From an uncultured archaeon (lineage in GTDB: Archaea > Thermoproteota > Bathyarchaeia > Bathyarchaeales > Bathycorpusculaceae), in contig CAWALK010000018.1 in NCBI GenBank assembly GCA_963782915.1, positions 203,470 to 267,469 on the forward strand: a stretch of 64,000 nucleotides of DNA, read 5' to 3'. Within the stretch, counting starts at the first letter, position 1. Each line of letters begins with the position of its first letter. Below the pieces are notes generated by a model, which saw nothing but the letters and a program-made list of their open reading frames with translations, made no database searches and was not told where the DNA came from. A program made the translations under genes and the position numbers. Shown piece by piece: positions 40,818 to 50,722 of this stretch.

Positions 40818-41015
40818 TTGAGTAAATCAAGTGCCAATGAAGATAAACGTAAAGGAAAAATGACTGTTGAAGAGGCGGGTCGAAAGGGTGGGGAAAAGAC
40901 ATCCCAGGAGAAAGGACCGGAATTCTATAGTGAAATCGGCAGTAAAGGTGGACAAAAAGGTGGACCACGAGTCCGAGAGCTAATCGAAGAAGGCAAAGAG
41001 CACGAAGAGGAATAG
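40818..41015 (+). CDS. KGG-repeat general stress (GsiB/Em-like) protein
   Basis: MTVEEAGRKGGEKT..EFYSEIGSKGGQKGG; GGAGGTGA RBS. Confidence 0.9.
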   Translation: MSKSSANEDKRKGKMTVEEAGRKGGEKTSQEKGPEFYSEIGSKGGQKGGPRVRELIEEGKEHEEE

Positions 41016-41184
41016 TCTGCCCGAGAGACGCATCTTGACCAACCATTTTTCTTAGTGCTTAATTCTTTTTAGAAAGCTGCTATCTATTTATTTGCTGTTT
41101 TTTGCAACAACAATAGTTTATGTATTCTTTATTTCTTATTTCGATAAGCGGCTCTTTCTTTGGCTAATACAACGAGGTTTTTGT

Positions 41185-43194
41185 TTGACTTACCAGAAAG
41201 CTCACGGTAGAACACGCGCTTTTGAAATAGCCAAGGGAATAGTCTTTATTATTTTCGGTATCATTGCGTTTGCTAATCCTAAAGCCGGCCTCATAACACT
41301 TGCGATAATATTTGGACTTGACTTATTAATTGTACATCTCATCAAGCTTGTTGCCGATATCAGGTTGACTGGTCCTCAAAAAAGACTCAGAGAAACCAAT
41401 GTTGCTTTTGACTCACTCGCAATTGCGGTCGGTATAATTATGATAGCGATTCCAACCCTAATTGTTCGTGTGCTAGTCATACCTATCATAATAGGCTTGT
41501 TTATTTTTGGCGCAACAAGAATAGCCAACGGAGGATTCTCGGAAGGGCTATCACGTCGGCGTAGAATCCTAACAGTTACCTTAGGAGTTGTATTGATTAG
41601 TTTAGGGATCGCAGCAATTGCTTCGCCAACAGGCCTTTTCTATCTTTTAGCTTACCTAATGGCCGTAGTTTTCTTAGTGTTAGGCGGAGAGAGCCTGTTT
41701 TTGGGTTTAACAAACAAAATTCCAGCACCAACTAAACAGCCCACAACCATAGAAAAAAGTGAGTCTGGTCCAGGTCAAATTATGGAAGTCCCGCGTACTT
41801 CCAATGTTTTGAAGCTTCTAACTGATGCTTTTGGACGGTACCGCAAGACTGGAGAAAAAGCGAAAATTTTACCAGCAGAAAAGGAACCGAGTGAGAAGAA
41901 AAAAATTCTTAGCTATTCCCAGATTCAAAACATGGTTATGCGTTCGGAGCAATATGTGGCGTTGTATAGTCTAATAAACAAGCTTGCCTTGGATGGAGGC
42001 GGTTGGAATAGAATAAAAACGTTCATCCCTCCAACTAGTGACATTAACAGCGTAATTCCGCGTTTTGACAGTGACCTGTTAATTCAGTTAGCTCTACTTG
42101 ACTTGCGAAAAGAACCTATAATAGTTCAATATCCAGCGATCAGTTCGAGATATGTGTCGTTGGAAATTTCTGGGTTCGATCATTACTGCAAAGTACCACT
42201 TTCAACGACGAAGGGCGATTTCAAGAAACCAACTACTCTTCTGTTTTTTTCGAAGCGCAGTGAAGATTATACTGGACAATCGGTTAAGGGCGTTGACTGG
42301 TATATCGAGGTTGATTGTGATTTTATTATTGCTCTTTTTCGGGTTCTTCCTGAGATAGTTGACTCAAAGGAAAAACTTTTTTCAGAGGTAGAGAAGATCA
42401 CCTTGAGATCAATGAGCCAATGGCTTGGCGAATCTGCAAAAGATATAATGGACACACATTTTCCCGCATTTGGCAAAACAGAGGTCGAAGTCTTTGGAAC
42501 TAACTTGCTCGAAGTCATACAGTTCATAATGAATCATACAACTTTTGATCCGAGCGTCGAGATGGACAGGGCCTTTTTAGCGGCCTATGAACCGTTGGGT
42601 GTGGTTCCGGGAAAAGATTTTGATCAAACCAAAATTCCCAAAATCGATTTACCATATTTCAGTGAGGTAGCTCAACAGATTATTAATGAAGCGAAAACGA
42701 AACAAAATGATTTGCTGGCACAGGAGCGAATGGTTTTTCAGCGATATAGATCAAAGGGTAAAATTGACTTGGAAACAGAGTTGGTTCAATCAGTAATGGG
42801 TCCTCTTGGTTTGCCCTCAGAGGAGATATTGTATTTTCCACTTTTGGTGACGGATGACAAACCCTTCAATGCTTTGCATGATTATTCTTTGCATATAAGC
42901 AAGGATGAATTACCCCCTGCCAAGGCATGGTCAGTTACGTTATATGATTTGAAAAACGGTTTGTTGGTTCCTAACGATAAAAACAAGCATTCGACTGGCA
43001 TTAAAGAAAATGTTAAGGGTGATATCGAGATTTTTATAAGTGCTAAAAAACCTGTGGCTCTTCCTGAGGAGAACTGGTTACCCATAAACCGTGAAGATAG
43101 AGACCTTTACTTACTATTGCGCTTGTATGTTCCCGATCTGGAGAAAATAAAGATGGGTTGGAAATCGCCGCAGATAAAACTAATCGATAACTAG
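41185..43194 (+). CDS. fusion of an HdeD/DUF308 membrane domain to DUF1254-DUF1214 domains
   Basis: N-terminal six-TM DUF308-like repeats; LDLRKEPIIV..SRYVSL, WSVTLYD..ENWLP..LRLYVP. Confidence 0.75.
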   Translation: MTYQKAHGRTRAFEIAKGIVFIIFGIIAFANPKAGLITLAIIFGLDLLIVHLIKLVADIRLTGPQKRLRETNVAFDSLAIAVGIIMIAIPTLIVRVLVIPIIIGLFIFGATRIANGGFSEGLSRRRRILTVTLGVVLISLGIAAIASPTGLFYLLAYLMAVVFLVLGGESLFLGLTNKIPAPTKQPTTIEKSESGPGQIMEVPRTSNVLKLLTDAFGRYRKTGEKAKILPAEKEPSEKKKILSYSQIQNMVMRSEQYVALYSLINKLALDGGGWNRIKTFIPPTSDINSVIPRFDSDLLIQLALLDLRKEPIIVQYPAISSRYVSLEISGFDHYCKVPLSTTKGDFKKPTTLLFFSKRSEDYTGQSVKGVDWYIEVDCDFIIALFRVLPEIVDSKEKLFSEVEKITLRSMSQWLGESAKDIMDTHFPAFGKTEVEVFGTNLLEVIQFIMNHTTFDPSVEMDRAFLAAYEPLGVVPGKDFDQTKIPKIDLPYFSEVAQQIINEAKTKQNDLLAQERMVFQRYRSKGKIDLETELVQSVMGPLGLPSEEILYFPLLVTDDKPFNALHDYSLHISKDELPPAKAWSVTLYDLKNGLLVPNDKNKHSTGIKENVKGDIEIFISAKKPVALPEENWLPINREDRDLYLLLRLYVPDLEKIKMGWKSPQIKLIDN

Positions 43195-43282
43195 AGCCGC
43201 GTATGCCTGATGATAGGCCAATTTTTGAGAAAAATGCAGACCTTAATAATTTCCTAAATGACTCTATAAGTGGAAGTGTTTT

Positions 43283-43672
43283 ATGGCCATGGATGAACAA
43301 GAGGTTTTAGCCGTTGTTCGAACCTTATTGGCATATGAACGCAATTACTTGTCCATCGAGCGAACGCAATTAGCCCAGCTAAGAACAGGTTTAACCTTAT
43401 CATTGATTACTCCACCGGCAGCTGCAACTTTAGCGTATGCGTTTGATTTTCTCCCTAAAAATTATTACATCAGCATTGTAGTATACATTTTCCTAATCAT
43501 AATTACCTTGTACGGCGTCTGGATGTCGATAAATTCGTTTTATAAATTAAAAGATACCAGAAGAGTCCAAAGCCGAATACACCAACGCCAACTCGAAGTT
43601 ATGGGAAAATCAAGCATGATTAATGCTCTTTTTGAAGACTTCCTGACTAACGAAAAGAAAGAGAGAGCTTAG
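43283..43672 (+). CDS. DUF202 (YidH-like) membrane protein
   Basis: RTLLAYERN.L..ERTQLAQLRTGL. Confidence 0.8.
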   Translation: MAMDEQEVLAVVRTLLAYERNYLSIERTQLAQLRTGLTLSLITPPAAATLAYAFDFLPKNYYISIVVYIFLIIITLYGVWMSINSFYKLKDTRRVQSRIHQRQLEVMGKSSMINALFEDFLTNEKKERA

Positions 43673-43883
43673 TCACACATCAACAACTGCAACGGGATTT
43701 TGAGGTTAGCCTTCAAATGCTAGAAGACCGGCACTAGGTGCATTTTGTGAAATTTGCCTAAAAAGCTTCTATGGAGTTAGAACCCAATATCAAAGTTAGA
43801 CATAGGGGCACAGGCAAACAAACAAGGGCTTATTGCATTACAACTTTAGGTCTGTCTTTAAATTTACAAGTTCTATCATAACA

Positions 43884-44792
43884 TCAATACATTCGAAGTT
43901 CAGGGACGTCCATTCCTGTTTCGCTTTTTCTGAAAATCTTCCAGATATTCAATTGAAGCTTTTTCAAGTCATTTAAGTCGTTTGCAAGTGCCTTTATTAT
44001 CAGCCCTTTGTTATCAACCATTTCTGTAGCCCCGCCATAGATAGTTTGAAAATCAATTAGTTTCTTAGCATTAACTGCATTGTCCGAATACCAATAGGCT
44101 TTAAGATAAAACTTGTAATTTCCAAAAATAACGTCTAATATCTCTTTATCTTGTCGTGTAAATGTAGTACTTTCGTTAAGTAACAATTTTTTATCTTTCT
44201 CAATCATTACTTTTGAAGAATAGACTTCAAAGTCCCAAAATTCTCCCCGCTCAACTCGTCCTGGACAAAAAATTTCGCAATAAAGCATTTTTGCACCTTC
44301 GCTTACATGAAAAACTACTCTTTGGTGCCATCGTGAGTCGATAAAAGCCATGGTTTCTCTTGGAAGGAATTCTAGTCGACTATTTTTTCCAAGGTAAACT
44401 TCAACTTGTTTGCTGGCATAATTTAAATCCATTTTATATATTTTTGTAGCCATCGTATCGGTGATGAAGGCTTCTGCACCTTCCTTTAGTTGTATCTTGT
44501 AAAAATAGCGGTCTCCCTGCACTATTCCACCTGTTGGATTCATGAAAAGTATGTATGGCAAACCTGGCAAATAGGGATCATAGTATAGTTCTCTAAGAAT
44601 TTTTGCTGGAACTTCATTATAAATATCCGTGAGATACGTTTTATCGCCAAATTTAGTAAACGTCAAGTCAGCAACGGCATTTTTGCCCGAAGACCCAACT
44701 GCAAGTCTTGTTTGCTCTGCTTCAAATTCCACAAAAGCTGATGGCAAACCACTTAGATCTTGAATCACGTCTTGAACGACTTCCTGAGTCAT
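43884..44792 (-). CDS. ureD: urease accessory protein UreD
   Basis: NPTGGIVQGD, ATKIYKM, LEFLP and PGRVERGE motifs. Confidence 0.92.
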   Translation of the reverse strand: MTQEVVQDVIQDLSGLPSAFVEFEAEQTRLAVGSSGKNAVADLTFTKFGDKTYLTDIYNEVPAKILRELYYDPYLPGLPYILFMNPTGGIVQGDRYFYKIQLKEGAEAFITDTMATKIYKMDLNYASKQVEVYLGKNSRLEFLPRETMAFIDSRWHQRVVFHVSEGAKMLYCEIFCPGRVERGEFWDFEVYSSKVMIEKDKKLLLNESTTFTRQDKEILDVIFGNYKFYLKAYWYSDNAVNAKKLIDFQTIYGGATEMVDNKGLIIKALANDLNDLKKLQLNIWKIFRKSETGMDVPELRMY

Positions 44793-45436
44793 CTGAAGAG
44801 AGCCTTTTCTCTTATTATTTTCACCACTTCATCTAATCCTTTGCCATCTTTTAGGGACAACAAGACAGTTGGTTTATCGCCTCTGAGTTTTTTTGCATCT
44901 TCCATCATAAGATCCAGGTTAGCTGTCTTTATGCCTGATTCTAAAATCGTGGATTCAACGTAAGGAGCTAAGTCTATTTTGTTTATCAACAGCAAATCAG
45001 ATTTTTTAATTCCTAAACCGCCTTTCCGAATGGTTTTGTCTCCGCCCGCTACGTCAACCATGTAAATAAAGAAATCCGCCAATCTTGGACTGAATGTTAG
45101 CGTTATGTTGTCTCCTCCAGATTCTATCAAGATAACATTTAGTCCTGGGTTTTCTTTTTCAAGTTTCTCTGCTGCATCCATGTTCATTGAGGGGTCGTCT
45201 CTTACGGCTGTATGAGGGCATCCTCCTGTTTCTATTCCTAAGATTAAGTTGGGGTCGATATCTTTGCCAAGTCTTGCTGCTAGTCTTCGTGCATCTTCTT
45301 TGGAGTAAACATCGTTTGATATCGCTCCAACTTTGAACCCTTGCTCAACCAGCTTTGGAACCAATTTTTCAATTAACTCGGTCTTTCCACAGCCAATTGC
45401 GCCGCCTATTCCAATTCTAACAGTTCTAATACTCAT
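44789..45436 (-). CDS. ureG: urease accessory GTPase UreG
   Basis: GAIGCGKT, ETGGCPH, ESGGDN and NKIDL motifs. Confidence 0.95.
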   Translation of the reverse strand: MSIRTVRIGIGGAIGCGKTELIEKLVPKLVEQGFKVGAISNDVYSKEDARRLAARLGKDIDPNLILGIETGGCPHTAVRDDPSMNMDAAEKLEKENPGLNVILIESGGDNITLTFSPRLADFFIYMVDVAGGDKTIRKGGLGIKKSDLLLINKIDLAPYVESTILESGIKTANLDLMMEDAKKLRGDKPTVLLSLKDGKGLDEVVKIIREKALFR

Positions 45437-45457
45437 TTTTTCTCATTCCACTCCTTT

Positions 45458-46126
45458 TTAACTCATGAACATCCTACTTTGACTTAATTCATGCCTCATC
45501 GAGGCAATGTCAACCACCGGAAAAGATTGGTGCAAATCAGACAACTTGAGAGGCTTTACCTGAATTGACGTTACTGCATTAATTAGAATTTTTTGTGCTT
45601 CTATGTAATCGATTATTCCCATTCTCACTAACGAAGCAGTGACTTCCATCAGATTAACGTACAAAAGGGATAAAGCGCCTAAATCTTTGAAGTGAAACTG
45701 AATGGATACAAGCGCTAAAACAACTGGGTATGTTCCGTAAGCAGTATCAGATTTGATAAAACTCTTGTAAGTTTTTCCTATAGAGTCGTCAGTGAATTCT
45801 GTTGCGTTCATCATGCTTCTGCCCATCTTGACGATGGCTGATCTATTTTCTTCAGTAACTTTAGAGCTATAACAAATTTCATCGATTTTTTTTAACAATT
45901 CGATATCTTCTTTTTCGATTGCTTCCAAAGCTTGATAGAAGATACCAAGATCAAACGTTTTCCAAATCTTTTCTAAGTAAATATTGAGTATTTTTGCCAC
46001 TTTTTCTTTAGGCAGCAAATTTTCATTAATTACCTGTTCCATGCCCTGCGACATGGTAAATGACCCCATTGGAAAAAATGAGTCAGAAGTTCTAAGTAAA
46101 TTTAAAAGCGTCTCATTTTCAGTCAA
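45458..46126 (-). CDS. ureF: urease accessory protein UreF
   Basis: SDSFFPMGSFTMSQGME and C-terminal HELSQSRMFMS. Confidence 0.92.
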   Translation of the reverse strand: MTENETLLNLLRTSDSFFPMGSFTMSQGMEQVINENLLPKEKVAKILNIYLEKIWKTFDLGIFYQALEAIEKEDIELLKKIDEICYSSKVTEENRSAIVKMGRSMMNATEFTDDSIGKTYKSFIKSDTAYGTYPVVLALVSIQFHFKDLGALSLLYVNLMEVTASLVRMGIIDYIEAQKILINAVTSIQVKPLKLSDLHQSFPVVDIASMRHELSQSRMFMS

Positions 46127-46128
46127 AA

Positions 46129-46605
46129 TTATTCCTCATCTTCGCCCCCATGATATCCTGCCGAAGACATTGAGATTATTTTTTGAATCGATTCGAACTT
46201 TATTGGCAGATTCATGGATGCCAATATTTTCCTAACTTTTTCTTCTCCTATTGTAACGGGAACAAAAACTGTGTCACCTTCAACCAAAATCTCGAGATGG
46301 CGATTACCTAAATTATAACCTAACTTTATCGCTTTTTCTATTATATCATCGCTCTGTGATTTGTCCAACGTTACTTTTATTACAAGTTCAGGATCAATCA
46401 AAATTTTATAGTAATTCCCGTTTGCTGAAGGCCCAAAAACGTCACCTTGCCCTATCGGTTGACCTCTTGGTAAATTGATTATCAGGTCTTCTCCGTCGCT
46501 TAGCTTAGTTCTTACTCTACCTCTCATTGCATCTTGTCTGTTGGTTGTTACCACTTGGGGGTTTTCGACGTTGATTTGATTTGCTAATTTTTCAAAAATA
46601 ATCAT
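46129..46605 (-). CDS. ureE: urease nickel chaperone UreE (no poly-His tail)
   Basis: LPRG..GDV, LGNRH and GYH motifs. Confidence 0.88.
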   Translation of the reverse strand: MIIFEKLANQINVENPQVVTTNRQDAMRGRVRTKLSDGEDLIINLPRGQPIGQGDVFGPSANGNYYKILIDPELVIKVTLDKSQSDDIIEKAIKLGYNLGNRHLEILVEGDTVFVPVTIGEEKVRKILASMNLPIKFESIQKIISMSSAGYHGGEDEE

Positions 46606-46624
46606 GCGACACAAACATCTCTTT

Positions 46625-46957
46625 TCAGTTAGTCTTGTTCAGAATCGCTTCTTTAAGCTGTTCAGCCCTTTCAGTTTCGTCAACAAAACCAAAATGCTTG
46701 TGCACTAGTGGACTCACAAGAGCTGTCATAAACCTTTCGTCCTTGAGCAATACCTGGCTGCCGATGTCTAAGTTCTCTGCTATGTATACCTCTCGCATGA
46801 GATGTTTGGGAAAATCTAAATTCAAATGGGTTTGTTGATCAACCCAGCCCGAAAGATTGGAAATTTTAAGAGCGGTGACTTCTCCATGCTTAACTTTTTT
46901 AGGATCAATTACCGCTCCGTTTTCGACGTTAGAAATATATGTGAAATGTCTAATCAA
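46625..46957 (-). CDS. unknown 110-aa protein inside the urease operon (orfX)
   Basis: GGAG RBS + TTG; fills the gap between ureC and ureE on the same strand. Confidence 0.65.
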   Translation of the reverse strand: MIRHFTYISNVENGAVIDPKKVKHGEVTALKISNLSGWVDQQTHLNLDFPKHLMREVYIAENLDIGSQVLLKDERFMTALVSPLVHKHFGFVDETERAEQLKEAILNKTN

Positions 46958-46997
46958 ATTAACCGTTGCTCCAAAAAAAGAATAAAAAACTCAGAAT

Positions 46998-48713
46998 CTA
47001 CACTAGATGGTAGAGCTGAGTTAACGGTAATTCTTTTGCAGGCTCTGAAGTTGCGGGTTTACCGTTGAATGTTACTTTGTATGTTTCAGGATCGATCTTT
47101 ATTTCTCCGAGCGTGTTATTCCGAACCATTTGCTGCTTGCCCAGGTTTCTGACGTTGCGTACTGGTAGAACTTGGCGTTGTATGCCATATTTCTCCTTGA
47201 TGCCATGTTCAATTGCCAATTTCGATGTGAACAATGCGGATGTTGTTGATCTTGCAAGACCGAATCCTCCAAACATTGGTCTGAAGAAGATTGGTTCTAC
47301 TGGTGGAACTGAAGCATTAGGGTCGCCCATCATTGCGTACGCTATGAAACCTCCCTTGAAAACTATGTTAGGTTTTACTCCGAAGAATCGAGGGTCCCAC
47401 AGTACTATGTCAGCCATTTTTCCTTTTTCAAGACTACCCACATAATCGGAAACGCCATTGGTTATAGCAGGATTTATGTTAAGCTTAGCCAAGTACCTCA
47501 ATACTCTAAAGTTGTCGTTGTCTGGAGAGTCTTCCATCAGTTTTCCAAATTGCGCCTTCATTTTGTGTGCGGTTTGCCAGCATCTGGTTGAGACTTCTCC
47601 TGTTCTGCCCATTGCTTGGCTATCAGCTGAATACATGCTCAAAATACCCCAATCGTGGAATACGTCTTCAGCGGCTATGGTTTCGGCTCTAATTCTTGAT
47701 TCTGCAAAGGCAACATCTTCGGGAACTTTTGGATTTAGGTGGTGGGTTACCATAACCATGTCGAGATGCTCATCAATAGTGTTAACGGTATAGGGTCTTG
47801 TTGGGTTTGTTGAGGATGGTAAAGCGTTGGGTTCTCCAGCGATTTTCATGATGTCTGGTGCATGTCCTCCTCCTGCGCCTTCCGTATGATAAGTATGCAC
47901 TGTTCTTCCGTCAATTGCGTCGATAGTGTCGTCAACATAGCCACCTTCATTGAGTGAATCCGTGTGTATCGCTATTTGCACATCGTATTCATCGGCAACA
48001 CTCAAACCAGTGTCCAAAGATGCCCTAGTAGCACCCCAGTCTTCATGCATTTTAAATCCTCCAGCGCCAGCGGCAAGTTCCTCAACCAATGTTTCTTTTC
48101 TGCTATCGTTTGCTTTGCCCAAGATTAGCCAGTTGATGGGTAATCCTCCAATTGCTTCAATCATTTTCCTTATGTTCCAAGGTCCAGGTGTGCAAGTGGT
48201 CGCATTTGTTCCATCCGCAGGTCCTGTGCCTCCACCCACATAGGTTGTTATGCCGTTTGCTATGGCATGGAATACTTGCTGCGGAGAAATCATATGTACA
48301 TGAGTGTCGAAGAAGCCAGCAGTAGCTATCAGCCCTTCTCCGGCTGTTACTTCTGTGGCGTTGCTAACACACAAGTTTTCGTTGACGTTATCCATTGTGT
48401 TCGGATTTCCAGCCTTTCCAATTCCAGCAATCAACCCATTTCTGATGCCTATGTCGGCTTTCACAACGCCCAATATCGGATCCAAAACGACAACGTTGGT
48501 GATAACATGGTCCAGAGCACCATCTGCCTGTGTAGTGCCATCCGCTAAACCCATTCCTTGTCGCGCACTTTTTCCACCGCCGAAAACCAATTCGTCGCCG
48601 TATGTCGCAACATCCTTTTCTACTTCAATGACCAAGTTTGTGTCAGCCAATTGAATCTTATCGCCTTTTGTGGGGCCATATAAGTCAAGATATTGTTTTC
48701 GTGGAATTTTCAT
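46998..48713 (-). CDS. ureC: urease alpha subunit
   Basis: [37 protein letters not shown] and DSQAMGR motifs. Confidence 0.98.
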   Translation of the reverse strand: MKIPRKQYLDLYGPTKGDKIQLADTNLVIEVEKDVATYGDELVFGGGKSARQGMGLADGTTQADGALDHVITNVVVLDPILGVVKADIGIRNGLIAGIGKAGNPNTMDNVNENLCVSNATEVTAGEGLIATAGFFDTHVHMISPQQVFHAIANGITTYVGGGTGPADGTNATTCTPGPWNIRKMIEAIGGLPINWLILGKANDSRKETLVEELAAGAGGFKMHEDWGATRASLDTGLSVADEYDVQIAIHTDSLNEGGYVDDTIDAIDGRTVHTYHTEGAGGGHAPDIMKIAGEPNALPSSTNPTRPYTVNTIDEHLDMVMVTHHLNPKVPEDVAFAESRIRAETIAAEDVFHDWGILSMYSADSQAMGRTGEVSTRCWQTAHKMKAQFGKLMEDSPDNDNFRVLRYLAKLNINPAITNGVSDYVGSLEKGKMADIVLWDPRFFGVKPNIVFKGGFIAYAMMGDPNASVPPVEPIFFRPMFGGFGLARSTTSALFTSKLAIEHGIKEKYGIQRQVLPVRNVRNLGKQQMVRNNTLGEIKIDPETYKVTFNGKPATSEPAKELPLTQLYHLV

Positions 48714-48717
48714 TTTT

Positions 48718-49095
48718 TTACGCTCCTTTGAATTTTAGCTTATTAGCTTTTCTTAGGGCCATATCTTTTCGGTAGATAGTCCGTACGCTGCCATCGACAA
48801 GGTTGTTGAATCCATGGACGTACTTTTTGCCTCCGTATTCGACAAGCGTGACTTCTTTTTCTTGTCCTGGTTCAAATCTTACGCTTGTACCTGCTGGAAT
48901 TGCAAGTTTCATACCATACGCTTTTTCTCTTTCGAAGTCTAATGCCCTATTTGCTTCAAAGAAATGGAAGTGCGAACCGACTTGGATTCCTCTGTCACCC
49001 GTATTTTTCACTTTTAATGTAATCGATTTTCTAAATTGGAAAGCTTCTATATCCCCTTGTCCAAGGGTTATTTGACCTACTGTGTTTGGCGTCAT
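48718..49095 (-). CDS. ureB: urease beta subunit
   Basis: [30 protein letters not shown]. Confidence 0.97.
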   Translation of the reverse strand: MTPNTVGQITLGQGDIEAFQFRKSITLKVKNTGDRGIQVGSHFHFFEANRALDFEREKAYGMKLAIPAGTSVRFEPGQEKEVTLVEYGGKKYVHGFNNLVDGSVRTIYRKDMALRKANKLKFKGA

Positions 49096-49415
49096 TTTTT
49101 CTGTTCCTCCTTTGGTTGAATTGGGTTATGTACGCTTACTAGTTTAGTGCCGTCTGGAAAAGTTGCCTCGACCTGAACCAAACTTATCATGTCCGCTACG
49201 TTAGGCATCACGTCATCCATCGTCAAAACATGCCTGGCATCTTTAGCTATTTTAGCCACTCCTATGCCTCTTCTAGCGCCTTCTTGTACAAAATCAGCAA
49301 TAATTGCAACAGCTTCTGGATAGTTCAGTTTTAATCCGTCTTTCATTCTTCGCTCAGCCATACGTGCAGCAGTAAAAATCATCATTTTTTCTGTTTCGCG
49401 TGGAACTAGCTTCAT
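49092..49415 (-). CDS. ureA: urease gamma subunit
   Basis: [28 protein letters not shown]. Confidence 0.97.
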   Translation of the reverse strand: MKLVPRETEKMMIFTAARMAERRMKDGLKLNYPEAVAIIADFVQEGARRGIGVAKIAKDARHVLTMDDVMPNVADMISLVQVEATFPDGTKLVSVHNPIQPKEEQKK

Positions 49416-49484
49416 TTTTTCACCCATTAATTTTTAAAAAAACAACACTATATATGAGGCCCAATAGCTTGGTTTAAAACTATG

Positions 49485-49502
49485 TTGTATACAAGACTTG
49501 TA
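49485..49502. promoter_or_regulatory. overlapping palindromes in the ureA/UT divergent promoter
   Basis: TTGTATACAA (49485..49494) and TACAAG-A-CTTGTA (49490..49502). Confidence 0.4.
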
Positions 49503-49557
49503 ACAGCACATCTTTAAACCGCTAACTAAGCCTCATTTTATCTAGAGAGTGATTTTT

Positions 49558-50706
49558 ATGGATCCAATTTCAGGAGCTTTAAATTTTATTCTTAATGGGG
49601 TCGCGCAAGTTTTCTTCATGGGGTCTCCTCTGGTTGGAATTATCTTTGTAATTGCTCTTGCCATTAACTCCAAAAGGGCGGCTGCCTTCGCGGTAATGGG
49701 GTCAATAGCAGGTAGTTTGGTTGGTTTAGCATTAGGCATAGAGCTGGTTCCAGCTTCTTTATCTTCACCTGACAATTCGCTAATTTATGGAATATTTGGG
49801 TTTAACTCCGTTTTAACGGCCATAGCCTTAGGAGATACTTTCCTTGAGAAAGGAAGATCAGCAACAACCGCAGCTGTTATAGGCGCGTTAGTTACCGGTT
49901 TTATTACTGCATCGTTAATCTGGTTTACAAAAATTTTTGGTCTTCCCGTTGAAACTTCAGCGTTTGTTCTAACAACTTGGATTTTCCTGTTTGCGGCTTA
50001 CAAGTTCCCTAGGCTGAAACTATCTGGGCCTCCACCGCCAACAAAACAAATAAGCACATTACTCAAAAGTCCTAATGACACTGGGAAAAAAGAACCTTTA
50101 AAGCTAAATGAGTTCACTGGTGTGGGGTTTGTCAAACTCATTTTTACCGGAATAGCTCAAGTATTCTTTCAAGAAAACTGGAAGACAGGAGTACTAATCT
50201 TCATAGGATTAACAGTCGCCAGCCTTTCATTAACCCCCTATGGATTCCCAGCGCAATATCCAATATACTTTGCTGGAATAACAGCATTCATAGGAACCCT
50301 TTCTTCAACATTGGCAGCGATAGGTTTCCAAGCGGATAGAACCGCGATTCTACGTGGATTATATGGTTTCAACGGAACCTTAACAGCCCTAGCGGTCATG
50401 GGGGTTTTCCTTGGATTCCTTTGGCCAATAAGTCCATTTAACGGTTCCCCCATTAACTTCTTTATAATGCTTTTCGCCACGGCCTTCTCTTCTGTAGTAA
50501 CGGCTTTCATCGGCACAATAACCAGTCGCTTCAATCTACCGACGCTAACAGGTCCATTTGTATTTACAGCATGGCTAATTATCTTAGGAGCGAAAGTTTT
50601 TCCTGCAATAGCACAAGCATCAGTGTCTTTATTGCCTATAGGCAATTCTGGGGTATTGATATTGACGAATCATTTGGGACTGATTGCTTCAATAATTTTG
50701 CACTAA
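49558..50706 (+). CDS. UT-family urea transporter
   Basis: Internal duplication GVAQVFF/GIAQVFFQEN and GIFGFN/GLYGFN; LPTLTGPFV. Confidence 0.92.
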   Translation: MDPISGALNFILNGVAQVFFMGSPLVGIIFVIALAINSKRAAAFAVMGSIAGSLVGLALGIELVPASLSSPDNSLIYGIFGFNSVLTAIALGDTFLEKGRSATTAAVIGALVTGFITASLIWFTKIFGLPVETSAFVLTTWIFLFAAYKFPRLKLSGPPPPTKQISTLLKSPNDTGKKEPLKLNEFTGVGFVKLIFTGIAQVFFQENWKTGVLIFIGLTVASLSLTPYGFPAQYPIYFAGITAFIGTLSSTLAAIGFQADRTAILRGLYGFNGTLTALAVMGVFLGFLWPISPFNGSPINFFIMLFATAFSSVVTAFIGTITSRFNLPTLTGPFVFTAWLIILGAKVFPAIAQASVSLLPIGNSGVLILTNHLGLIASIILH

Positions 50707-50722
50707 AGGAGCGTGATCCGAT

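Noticed and set aside
47065-48654. Plus-strand ORFs antisense to ureC, and similar shadow ORFs over purP, mvh, EF-2 and GH63
   Set aside because: They overlap well-supported genes on the opposite strand or frame and show no motifs
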